DNA of 64,000 bases from assembly GCF_030684315.1 (NCBI RefSeq), contig NC_081387.1, positions 25,538,647 through 25,602,646 of the forward strand, in the 5' to 3' direction. The translations under genes were made by a program, and so were the position numbers. The notes under the pieces were generated by a model. It was not told where the DNA came from. It ran no database searches and was given only the letters and a program-made list of their open reading frames with translations. Source of the stretch: Stegostoma tigrinum (lineage: Eukaryota). Positions 51,145 to 62,631 of this stretch are shown here, piece after piece. Each line of letters opens with the position of its first letter. Position 1 is the stretch's first letter.

Positions 51145-52736
51145 AGCATTGAGAATAGCTCATTGAGAGTTTACCGATGAGGCTCACTAATTTCTTACGG
51201 AGTCAGCCCCTTGGATCAGGACAGCATTGCTGAAGAGTGATCAAATCTCGAAAAAACAAGGGAAGATCGATAAATGTTGTTGTGTGCAGACACATCTGAC
51301 AAGAATGAACGAATTTAAAAGCAGAAGGGAATCTGGGTGAGGCTTGAAAATGCAAGTGCGAGACGGAAACCAGGAAGCCAACGTCCACATAGAGAATGAT
51401 TAATACTTAAAAGGATTTCTTGGAGGAACAGGATCGTCTACCAGTGCACCTTAAAAGCCCAAAAACAGTCACTGTGAAAGTGAACCAATGGAATGGGTGC
51501 GGATGGTCGTCATTTTCCATGTCATGAATCCCCGATGCAGAGAGTGTACGTGTTCGTATCAATAGGGCAGTTCAAAGAGCCTGCTAAGGAAATCTGGTAT
51601 TGGTAGGGTGAAACTCTGAGACTGACAATTACTGTGAGTCTCACATATCATGTCTCTGAAAATGAATGTCTTATACGTTAAGTTCACCTATACACCATGA
51701 CTGATGGTAGCAGAAAATAGAATGGACCAATGATGGAGATAGCAGTGTAGGCTTCCCAAATTGATTGAGGAAGATGGGTTAAATGTCCAAATTAAATCTT
51801 CTGTGAAGCGACATAAGATTTTGAGGAAACTAGGTCATAATTATGATCGCTGCTGATGGTATTACTGAACAAGTATGATCCTACAGTGTAAACCAGCTTG
51901 ATAGACCATCAGTCTTATTTTTGCAGTTGTTACTGTTGTCAGTCATCGAACTTATTCACAAAAGACCACCAAAATTCTTTTAATTAAAGAGCACAAACAT
52001 ATTCAGCTGAAGCACACACAGAAGAAAGATTCAGACATTTTCCCAGCACTATCCTTTACAGTTACCCAATCCCAGCAAGCTTTACTTTAACCTTCACTTT
52101 AAGATTTCTTATTCAACAGACTTTTCTAGCCCTTAGCTATGGGCCTTGAAAAGGCCTGAAGATTTCTTTCCAGCTCTGATGGCCTGGACACCTTTGAAAC
52201 TTGACCTATCAATTCTCAACCTAGTGCTTGTATAAACTAAATTCTCAAATTCTGGAGAGTTATGCAAATTAAAATCTGCACTTCTGCTGATTTGACTTCT
52301 CTTCTTCTGAACTCATCCCACCAGTAGTCCCTGAGCACATGGCCTTCTGTGTACTATAAAAATTGGACTTTATAAATGCTGTATTAAGTGGAAGTTTGCT
52401 CATCATTTAACTGAAAGTCAGCCACTTCCTTGGAATAGTACCCTTTTCCTTCACTGTTAAAAATGATTTTCAGACCCTTTATTTATAAAAGGTCTTCTTC
52501 AAAGAATGAAAAACTGAGATTTATTTACCTCTACTTCATAATCCAAACTATTGCATCAAATTGCAAATTATTATAATAACCCCCATCCCACAAAAAGAGA
52601 TGTCCTGAGGAGGCATCTTCATTTTCTCTTAAAATTTCTCTTATCTACTTTGATAGTTATCATATATTTACATTAAACATGCAAATCTTTTTTATAACAA
52701 CCATGTTCTACATAAGCCTATTTTGATCATGACATT

Positions 52737-52980
52737 ACAAGGTGTAGAGCTGGAGGAACACAGCAGGCCAGGCAGCATCAGAGTAGCAGGAAAGCTGATG
52801 TTTCAGGTCTGGACCCTTCTCCGGACCCAAAACGTCAGCTTTCCTGCTCCTCTGGACCATTCTCCAGACCCAAAACGTCAGCTTTCCTGCTCCTCTGATG
52901 CTGCCTGGCCTGCTGTGTTCTTCCAGCTCCACACCTTGTTATCTCAGAATCCAGCATTGGCAGTTCCTACTACCTCTCAG
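52737..52980. mobile_element. 244-bp inverted PLE pLTR insertion with a 14-bp TSD
   Basis: TSD ttgatcatgacatt at 52723-52736 and 52981-52994. Confidence 0.85.
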
Positions 52981-52994
52981 TTGATCATGACATT

Positions 52995-53600
52995 GTTGGC
53001 TTCCACATTTTCCCTTGTCAGAGCAATCACTACCAAGTTGTGTTTTCTTGTTACACAAGTATTGTTTAAGTTGTCTGGCTGTAGCATAGAAGTCAAATAA
53101 AGCAGTCTCAGATTTGTATTGTGGAAATGTATGCAGGAAGGTTAGCAGATGGTAAAGTTCCACATGAATACCAGTCAGTACAGATTTAAAGAACATGTAG
53201 CATTCGAACAGCCAATGTCAGGCTCAGTGCCTCTTTCTTCATTGAAAAATATTTCCATCACCATGTATTTAATCTGCATGATAAATAACTAATTGGCTGT
53301 TTAAGACTCATGTCATCCTATTGTAAAACACTGCACCAACACTGACATCATTGACAAAACAGCCAGTTTAAATGGCTTCTCATGTTATGGTGTTGCTAAA
53401 ACTGGTGCAACAGCTATAATAATGTTTATGTTGGCAATGGCATTTTGGCATTCAAAATTCTTGCTTTGTTTCAACAGTCTTGGCAAAGGAACCACAACAG
53501 CGGTGACATTTGGAACAAACTTGATAAAACCTGCTGATGCCAATTTATTGCACAGTTTCACATTTGGTCTTAGGTACAAGTTGGGGAACTGTCAGAACAG
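52995..53600 (-). mobile_element. Ty3/Gypsy pol remnant (RT-RNase H junction)
   Basis: Minus translation AGFIKFVPNVTAVVVPLPRLLK..CQNA..APVLATP..FKLAV..GAV resembles the Gypsy GFYRKFVPNFS..PLT-LLK..PVL..P..DAS region. Confidence 0.7.
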
Positions 53601-54514
53601 CAGGGAACATTTCACCAGAGAAAGGAAGAACACAAACAGTGCAGATACTGGAAACCTGAGGTAAAGGCAGAAAAAAACTGGAAGCTCTCAACAAGTCAGG
53701 AAGTAGTATAGAGACAACTGACAAATTAATGATTCAGGAAAGACAAAGTCACAATGGGTGCAGACCACCTCAAAAATACATGTTCATCCCAAGTTCCACT
53801 CCCTGCCATGTCTCCAGAATTACTGCAATGTCCATCAATTTAACCCCATCTGTAATTTTTTAATCAGTCATAGATTGTCCAAAATGCTTGAAGATTGCTC
53901 TTTTTCCTTGATAGAATATATCTGGTCCATTCTAGGACCTCAACTTTTCACAATACTTACTAATGACTTGAATGAACAAATAGAGAACAATATAGCTGGG
54001 TTTGGAGATGGCATTAAATTGGCAGCCACAGTAAGTCATGACGAAGGATGCAAGAAGCTTCTAAAGCAATTTGGAAAGATAAATTCTGAGGATTAAATTA
54101 GGCTGTGGAACATAAAGTAGGCAAGTATGAGATCATTCATGAGAAAGGATAAAACCAAAAGCATGTGAAACTAGGAACCGCAGAGGAAGAAAGAGATTTG
54201 AAAATCCATGTGCACAAAAAAGTTATAAAAACAAAAATTGTTGGAAACACTTGGCATTCCAGCTGTGTCTAGGAATTAATATTTATGTTTGGTGACCACT
54301 AATAAATAATTGATTCAGTCCTGATGGCTCAGAGGAATCTATTGTTTATTTTGTGTGCACAATACACAAAGCTTAATTTGTGACAAAATTGGAGTATGAC
54401 AGTAAAGTAGCAATGTGTCACATTTTCCCCTTACCACCCCGAGCTTAATTGCAAATCTTTTCAGACTCTGGTTTGTCTGTCACTGACAGACACTCTTTCT
54501 TCATTCTCATGCAG

Positions 54515-55660
54515 CTGGCAAAGGTGGCAGACGAAGGTCAGTCAATGGATGTCATTGATATGGACTCCCTGAAGGCCTTTTATAAAGTCCCACATGACAG
54601 GCTGTTAGCTAAGATGGAAGCCCATGGAATTGAGGGTACGTTACTGACATGGAGAGGAAATTGGTTGTGTGGCAGGAAACAGAGAGTTGGAATATTGGGT
54701 AAGAACACAAACTGGCAAGATGTGATGTCCCACAGGGATCTGTGGAGGGGGCTCAATTATTTACATTATTCATTAACAACTTAGATAATGGAATAAAAAA
54801 GTCAAATATCCAAATATGCTGACAAATTAGGTGGTATTGTAGTCAGTGTTGATGACAGGATATTGATAGATTCAATGATTGGGCAAAGCTGTGGTAGATG
54901 GATCCTAATAGAAGCAAGTGTGAGGTAATCCATGCCAGACTGAAAAGAAAGAATAGATCAGGGTGTATTTTATAAGGCTCAAATTTAAATACAATAGATG
55001 TCCAACATAGCTTTTTAAAATGTAATGAACAGATGCCGAAAATAATCAAGAAAGCTAATAGAATGCTGGCCTTCATCTCTAAAGGGCTCGAGTATAGGGG
55101 TGCTGACATTAAGCTGCAGTTAGGCAAAACCCTGGTTAGACCGCACTTGGAGTACTGTGAGCAGATCTGGAGCACCATACAGTAGGAAGGATGTTTTAAC
55201 TCTGAAAAGAGTTCAACACAAGTTTACATGGATGACGCCCGGTTTTCAGGGGTTAAGTTATTAGAAGAGATTATGCAGATCATGCCTTTATTTTCTAGAA
55301 TTTAGACATTTAGGAGTAATCTAATCGAGCTGTTCAGGATATTAACAGGGAGAGACAGGGTAGATAAGATAGATTATTTCCACTGGTCGATGATTCTGGA
55401 ATTAGGGGACATAGTCTCAGAATTAGGACCAGACCATTCAGGAGAGATGTTAAAAAGCACTTTTACACACAAAGAATGGTTGAGGTCAAAGACGAATCAA
55501 TATGACCAATTGTTCAGTTTAAATCTGAGATAGACAATGGGTATCAAGGTTTATGAGCCCAAGGCAAGCACATGGAGTTAGGCCACATATCAGCCATGAC
55601 CATATTGAATAGTAGAGCAGGCTCAAGGGGCCGAATGGCCGACTCCTATTCCTGTGCATC
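54515..55660 (+). mobile_element. CR1 LINE, decayed
   Basis: DVIDMDSLKAFYKVPHDRLL..HGIEG and HLEYCEQIW motifs, plus the 3' UTR. Confidence 0.85.
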
Positions 55661-55962
55661 CCTGCATCAATTAATGGCAATTGTACCCCATCAACACTGA
55701 ATCCAAGAACTGATTGTTTGTTCTAAGATAAAATGAGGTTAAATTATCACGTGATGGATAAAACAGAATTGATATTATTCATTGACATTCATGGAATCAT
55801 GTTGTGTAGGAGGCCATTTGGCCCATCAAATCGCTTTGAAAGATCTATCCAATTGGCCCTACTTCCTTTCTCTTATTGCCCTGGGAATAGTTCACCTTCA
55901 AGCACTTATCCAATTCCTCTATGGAAGTTACAAAAAAATTTCCTAGACTTTCTGGGTATTCA

Positions 55963-58900
55963 TCAGTGGTGTTTTGCTATTTCTAGGACTTCTTTGCAAC
56001 TGTTTTGTTTCAAAATAGGGACAAAACCCTCATCTTCCTGGATTGCGACTGTCCGGGGGCAAATCTTCAAGGGGTCTGCGTTTTTACCCCCATCAGCGAG
56101 TGAAGAACTGAAGAAGGGATAGACTTTCTCAGTGAATGTGCCAGTGAAAGTATAAATGTGGTTCTTGTTCTCTGAGTTATAAAAGGAGACCTTTCCTCTC
56201 TCATAATCCAGACAGACTCGAATCTTTTTCACATTAACACCAGGCTTTGAGCATTTTGATGATGTGTCACCAGCCCTGTTCCTATTCCCATCTTTCAGCT
56301 TAACCGACCAGCATCCATTTCCTGGAATTAAGCTGAACATCTCGTTCCTGTTGATGGACCCATTGACTACACCGACTGTCCACTCGGTCTGGTTCCCCAC
56401 CTCCACCTCCCAGGAATGTTTGCCTGATGTGAATCCCTCCGACGCCAGGACATGGACACAACGAACAAATCGCTCTGGATTTCTGGGAAGCTGCTGCTGT
56501 TTCCCATTACAACTCACGGTGCTTAGGTCCTCAGACAGGAGAAGGTCAGGATGGGCTGTATTAGGGTCCAAGGTGATTGGAGCTGGAAACAGAGAGACGT
56601 TGATAAAATGTTAATCATACTCACTGTAACTTTCACAGCGGTTTGGAAAATCAATAATGAGCCACAATTTCCTGGGGAAGAAATTGAGAAAGAACAGTGG
56701 GAAACGGGAAGCCCCAGCCGGGGGAAAGTTTTAACTGATGGGCACCCTCTGCAGTGAGGATGGGAAAGTCCCATTGCAGGGGGTTAGAGAGATGAGTCCC
56801 CTGATTAATTTGTGTTATTCTGTACCAGAACTCCCCGGGATCCTGGGAGAGACAGAGTATAAAGTGAATGAGACAAAGAGTGAGAGATGAGTGTGCATGC
56901 ATGAGACAGTGTATGTAAAATTGAGACACAGAATGATGGAAAGCGTGTGAAAAAAGTGGTGTTTTAGAGAGAATACATGCATACCTGTGAGACACTGTGT
57001 GACAAAGAGAGAGAATTACACACTGTGTATGCAATTAAAAGCGAGACATGGAGTAGACTGTGGAGTGAATTTATCCGCCATCTCAGATCCCATGGAACCA
57101 GAGTGGAAGCAAGTCACAAGAACAGAATAAGAAGCCTTTCCTGATCCTGGTGAGGCTGGGGACTAAACAGAGGAAGAATGTACAGTCAGAACAAGTCAGT
57201 GTGTGTGTGTGTGTGTGTGTGTTTGTACGTGTGTCTGCTTGTGAGGGTGAGTTCGCGTGTGCATGTATGCGCGCGTGCGTGTGTGTTGCTTGATAACGCT
57301 CTTGCCCTAATCTACTTTGCTCAATAACTTCAAAAGACAGTGTCGTTCATTGGCATTAGAGTACGTTACGTACAACTATGAAATGTATCAGCGTGATATT
57401 TCCATACTTACACAGCTTTGAGGATTGGATCTTACCACTTGGGCTCCTTACTCCAAAATATTCTTGGCAAAACAATTCAGCAGCATAAATCTGCAGCTCG
57501 CACGGTTCGAAATCAGAACGAAAGTGGGGGAAGTATTCAGCAAGCCTGGCTTCCTGAATGCTCCTAGTCATTTCTGGCGATTTGTGTATCGCATTGTATT
57601 TGATCGAGAACAACATGAGCCGAGAAAAGGGCTCTGACTATTATCGAAGCACTATCCTTACACAGTTGACCAAACACAATTATTATCTTTACAGAAATTC
57701 ATCATTGCCGAACAGATATTTGTGCAGACTTCAACACCATGTCACTCTGGTTTTGGACATGACTAAATCTTGATATTTTGAACCAATGGGCTTCTCTCCA
57801 TCAAAAGGTCAGAAGTGGGAATGTTCACTGATGATTGCACAATGTCCATTCCTAACTCCTCAGATACTAAAGAAGTCCATGTTCAAACGCAACAAGTTCT
57901 GTATAATATAATAAAATGTGAGGCTGGATGAACACAGCAGGCCAAGCAGCATCTCACGAGCACAAAAGCTGACGTTTCGGGCCTAGACCCTTCATCAGAG
58001 AGGGGGATGGGGGGAGGGAACTGGAATAAATAGGGAGAGAGGGGGAGGCGGACCGAAGATGGAGAGTCAATGGGAGAGAGATTCCCTGAGGTTGGTCCGG
58101 AGGGAGGAGGGTAACTTCTTCAGGTTAGGCATCCCTGGAAGAGGCTTCGCAGTGAGGTTAAAATAGTATCAGAGATAATGGGAACTGCAGATGCTGGAGA
58201 TTCCAAGATAATAAAATGTGAGGCTGGATGAACACAGCAGGCCAAGCAGCATCTCAGGAGCACAAAAGCTGACGTTTCGGGCCTAGACCCTTCATCAGAG
58301 AGGGGGATGGGGGGAGGGAACTGGAATAAATAGGGAGAGAGGGGGAGGCGGACCGAAGATGGAGAGTCAATGGGAGAGAGATTCCCTGAGGTTGGTCCGG
58401 AGGGAGGAGGGTAACTTCTTCAGGTTAGGCATCCCTGGAAGAGGCTTCGCAGTGAGGTTAAAATAGTATCAGAGATAATGGGAACTGCAGATGCTGGAGA
58501 TTCCAAGATAATAAAATGTGAGGCTGGATGAACACAGCAGGCCAAGCAATACGGACCAACCTCAGGGAATCTCTCTCCCATTGACTCTCCATCTTCGGTC
58601 CGCCTCCCCCTCTCTCCCTATTTATTCCAGTTCCCTCCCCCCATCCCCCTCTCTGATGAAGGGTCTAGGCCCGAAACGTCAGCTTTTGTGCTCCTGAGAT
58701 GCTGCTTGGCCTGCTGTGTTCATCCAGCCTCACATTTTATTATCTTGGAATCTCCAGCATCTGCAGTTCCCATTATCTCTGATACTATTTTAACCTCACT
58801 GCGAAGCCTCTTCCAGGGATGCCTAACCTGAAGAAGTTACCCTCCTCCCTCCGGACCAACCTCAGGGAATCTCTCTCCCATTGACTCTCCATCTTCGGTC

Positions 58901-61900
58901 CGCCTCCCCCTCTCTCCCTATTTATTCCAGTTCCCTCCCCCCATCCCCCTCTCTGATGAAGGGTCTAGGCCCGAAACGTCAGCTTTTGTGCTCCTGAGAT
59001 GCTGCTTGGCCTGCTGTGTTCATCCAGCCTCACATTTTATTATCTTGGAATCTCCAGCATCTGCAGTTCCCATTATCTCTAAGTTCTGTATAATATCCAG
59101 GCTTGGGCTGAAAAGTGGCAAATAGCATATGTGCCAAACAAATGTCAGGCAACAACCGTCTCTAGGAACACACAATCTGACCACTGTCCCTTTACCTCCA
59201 GCCAGAACATCAACTGGATCAGCCATTTAAATACAGTGGTCACTAGGGCAGATCAGAGGCTAGGAATCCCACAGAAGTTAAAGTCCCTGGATGCTCAATG
59301 ACATTATCATCACTGAATCCCCTGCTATAAATATCAATTGATGAAAAACGAAATTGGGCCAGCTATATAAATACAGCGATCACAAGGACAGGTTAGGGAT
59401 TCTGTGATGAGTAATTTATTTCCTTTTTTCTCAAAACTTGTCCACCATGCACAAGGCACAAGTCAACAGTGTGATGGAATATTTCACACGTATCTGAATG
59501 AGTGCAGCTCCAACAACACTCAAGAAGCTTGATGCCAATCAGGACAATGCATTTCAGTTGACTGGCACTATTTTCAACATTCACTCCCTTTGACACCAAT
59601 GCTCAATGAGAGCAGTGTATACTATCTAATAAGATGCACTGCAGAAATTCACCAACTCTGCTTAGGCAGTACCGTCCAAACTCATCCAGGGGAGAATAAG
59701 GGTGGCAGATATATAGGAACACCACTATCTCTAAGTTCCCCTCCAAACCACTCACTATCTTGGCTGGAAATATATCGTTTTTCCTTCACTGTCACCAAAG
59801 CCTTTTAAGAAGTGTTCTTGAATTTTTCAGCCAAAATTTGAAATTATTTGTCTCATCTGTTATGGTTCTTTCCTGAATCTAGTAGTAGCTTAAAGTGATT
59901 GTTCATATTTAGACAACTAGGTAAATTTTTAAGCATTCAGATGAAGATAAATTATGGACAGAAACATTGAGTTTTGATTGACTTAAGGATCTTTTAGGTG
60001 CAAAGAACAAACAAAGAACAAATAAAATTACAGTACAAGAACAGACCCTTCAGCCCTCCAAGCCTGCTCCAATCCAGATCCTCTATCTAAACTTGTTGCC
60101 TATTTTCCAAGGATCTGTATTCCTCTGCTCCCCGTCCATTCATGCATCTGCCTAGATACATCTTAAATGCCGCTATTGTGCTCACCTCCACCACCTCCGC
60201 TGGCAACGCGTTCCAGGTACCCACCACCCTCTGCATAAAGAACTTTTCACGCATATCTCCCTTAAACTTTTCCCCTCTCACCTTGAAATCGTGACCCCTA
60301 GTAACTGAGTTCCTCACTCTGGGAAAAATCTTCTTGCTAGTCACCCTGTCTATACCTCTCATGATTTTGTCAACCTCAATCAGGTCCCCCCTCAACCCCC
60401 ATCTTTCTAATGTAAATAATCCTAATCTTCTCAACCTCTCTTCATAGCTAGCACCCTCCATACCAGGCAACATCTTGGTGAACCTCATCAGCACCCTCTC
60501 CAATGCATCCACATCCTGTTGGTAATGTGGTGACCAGAACTGTACACAGTATTCCAAATGTGGTCGAAACAAAGTCCTATACAACTGTAACACGACCTGC
60601 CAACTCTTGTACTCAATACCCTGTCCGATGAATGAAAGTATGTCATATGCCTCCTTCACCATTCTATCGATTTGTGTTACCACCTTCAGGGTACAATGGA
60701 TGTGAATACGCAGCTCTCTCTGTCCATCAATTTTCCCCAGGGCTTTTCCATTTACCGTATAGTTCGCTCTTGAATTGGATCTTACAAAATGCATCACCTC
60801 ACATTTGCCTGGATTGAGCTCTGTTTGCCATTCCTCCACCCAACTCTCCGGTCTATCTATATTCTGCTGCATTCTCCGACAGTCCCCTTCACTATCTGCT
60901 ACTCCACCAATCTTAGTGTCATCTGCAAACTTGCTAATCAGACCATCTATAACTTCCTCCAGATCATTTATGTATATCACAAACAAGAGTGGTCCCAACA
61001 CAGATCCCTGTGGAACACCACTGGTCACAGTTCTCCATTTTGAGAAACTCCCTTCCACTACAACTCTCCGTCTCCTGTTGGCCAGACAGTTCTCTATCCA
61101 TCTAGTGAGTACACCCTGGACCCCATGTGACTGCAAGTGTCATATTCAGTATTGTGGGTCAACCTACAGAACATGGACTGCAGTGCTTCAAGAAGGCAGC
61201 TCACCACCACTTTCTCAATGGCAACTTGGAACGTTCATGTCCCACAAGTAAATTTTAAAAAAAAGTTTTGTAATCCCTTCCAGTCACTGTCTGAATAATC
61301 CAATGGTCAAGCTGTAATTAAATAAACAAATTTGGATTTAAGATTCAGGAAGTGTGGAAAGCAACTGCCCCTTCAGATAACAAGAGACAACATTAATGCA
61401 GATATCATGTTAGATAAGAAAAGGGAAATAGAGTTTACCACGTATGAGGATTGGAGATGTGGTCAAGAAAAATTTGATTTCACTGAATGTGCTTTTCTTT
61501 GATGAAGCATGGATTTGGTAAAATTTAAATGTTTCTGTGAAACATATGGTCTAACATTAGAATGACACTCAATCACATCTGCGTTGATATCCTTGACAAT
61601 GTTAAACTAAGATTTTAATGTACATGAGCACAGTTGAGGTATCATTGTTTATCACTCAGTTAATTTAGTTCAGTGCCCACAGTGGAAGGTAAATCATGGG
61701 TCAATTTGGTCACAGCAAATATTACCATCCTTAACATTTAATGAGTCTATTTTCAAGAAATTAACTCATTGCTTTAGAAAATAGCTTTCCATTTCTACTT
61801 CCTATGTCCCTGGTCTCAAGTATTACTGAACATGTGGGGCATTGGACATATAAAAGGTTTGATTTCCAAATTTTACCAGTCACTGTTTGATCATGAACTT

Positions 61901-62631
61901 TCAGAAAACCAGCCTCCTGTAAAAGTAGCACCTTGTTGCAGTTTTCAAACGTACCTCCATCCTGGCCCTTATATTTTTGACCCACCCGCTGTCACCTAAA
62001 GCTGATTCCCTAATTGGTTGGGAAATAGAATCGGCTATGACTCCTAATATGGAAATCCATAAGATTTCTGAATTTAGGAAGGGGTCAGGGACATATCCAT
62101 GGGATAGGTAGAAGTTCATAAGATCCCTCATTCCAAAAATAACTGCTTTGGAAATTCCAGGCCTGGCTCATTATTTGGAAAAATAGCTGTGGCAAAAGGA
62201 AATGCCTAATGTATTTTCATGGAAAATTGATGGTGGCTGTGAATGTTTGATCAACTCACAAGGCCTATTCATCGATGGCTGAAATGAAATCTCACCAGTT
62301 ACAAAGACAATTAAATATTTACTGTAAAGAGACAGCTCCCTTCTCCTCATTATCGTGAGAATTGTTGAATAGCTGGTGTCAGGAAGCTCACACCCACCTG
62401 TATTAATCACTGTCAGCATCTTTTTCCACACTCTGTACTGCAGGGAGCCAATGTACTTGCCAACATTTATTAAAGGATAAGCCTTCTGTGGTTCTGGGAG
62501 AGCTTGCTTCACTCTGAAACAGGAGATAAAGATCAGCGTTGGATCATTCCAGGGTGAGACGGGAATAATGAGAGAAAAAAAACTCAAATCAAAAGTGTAA
62601 AATTATACCTTTCCTTTGATTCCAGAATTTT
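55963..62631 (-). CDS. TRIM35-like PRY-SPRY TRIM, last three coding exons ('TRIM-C'); 5' exons lie beyond the right edge
   Basis: Exons (minus): 62631-62609 (23 nt), 62513-62398 (116 nt; LINVGKYIGSLQYRVWKKML resembles the TRIM35-type linker) and 56582-55963 (B30.2: APITLDPNTAHP..HSWEVEVG..IRVCLDYE..VYPFFS). Splice sites are canonical and phases 2/1 are consistent. Confidence 0.85.
57199..57285. repeat. (GT)n microsatellite and alternating purine-pyrimidine tract
   Basis: (gt)12 at 57199-57222, followed by gcgcgcgtgcgtgtgtg. Confidence 0.85.
57910..59080. mobile_element. Young non-autonomous PLE-derived element: 300-nt tandem units in inverted arrangement, four hammerhead motifs, 16-bp TSD
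   Basis: TSD aagttctgtataatat at 57894-57909 and 59081-59096; the insertion splits an older LINE RT. Left arm 57910-58548 (~2.1 units), right arm 58552-59080 (~1.8 units, reverse orientation). Units differ by about one substitution (57957). Confidence 0.92.
58651..58682 (+). ncRNA. Minimal type I hammerhead ribozyme motif (other copies: 58951-58982 +; 57969-58000 - and 58269-58300 -)
   Basis: ct-CUGAUGA-A-GGGUC-UA-GGCCC-GAAA-CGUC^ag: invariant core, helix II, palindromic ACGU helix III and a GUC cleavage triplet. Helix I is only 2 bp, so activity is unproven. Confidence 0.75.
60001..61133 (-). mobile_element. Young 5'-truncated CR1 LINE with an open 349-aa RT C-terminal ORF
   Basis: SGVPQGSVLGPLLFVIYINDL, KFADDTK and HLEYCVQFWSP with no stops; (aagaacaa)n-type tail. 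Confidence 0.93.

Larger units (their letters stand above)
57800..59810 (+). mobile_element. Older LINE RT fragment hosting the 57910-59080 insertion
   Basis: The reading MFTDDCTM..VQTQQVLYNI | QAWAEKWQ resumes exactly across the TSD. Confidence 0.75.

Noticed and set aside
60087-61136. 349-aa RT ORF as a domesticated gene or active LINE
   Set aside because: It is 5'-truncated within the RT and lacks the endonuclease; the open frame is explained by recent insertion.
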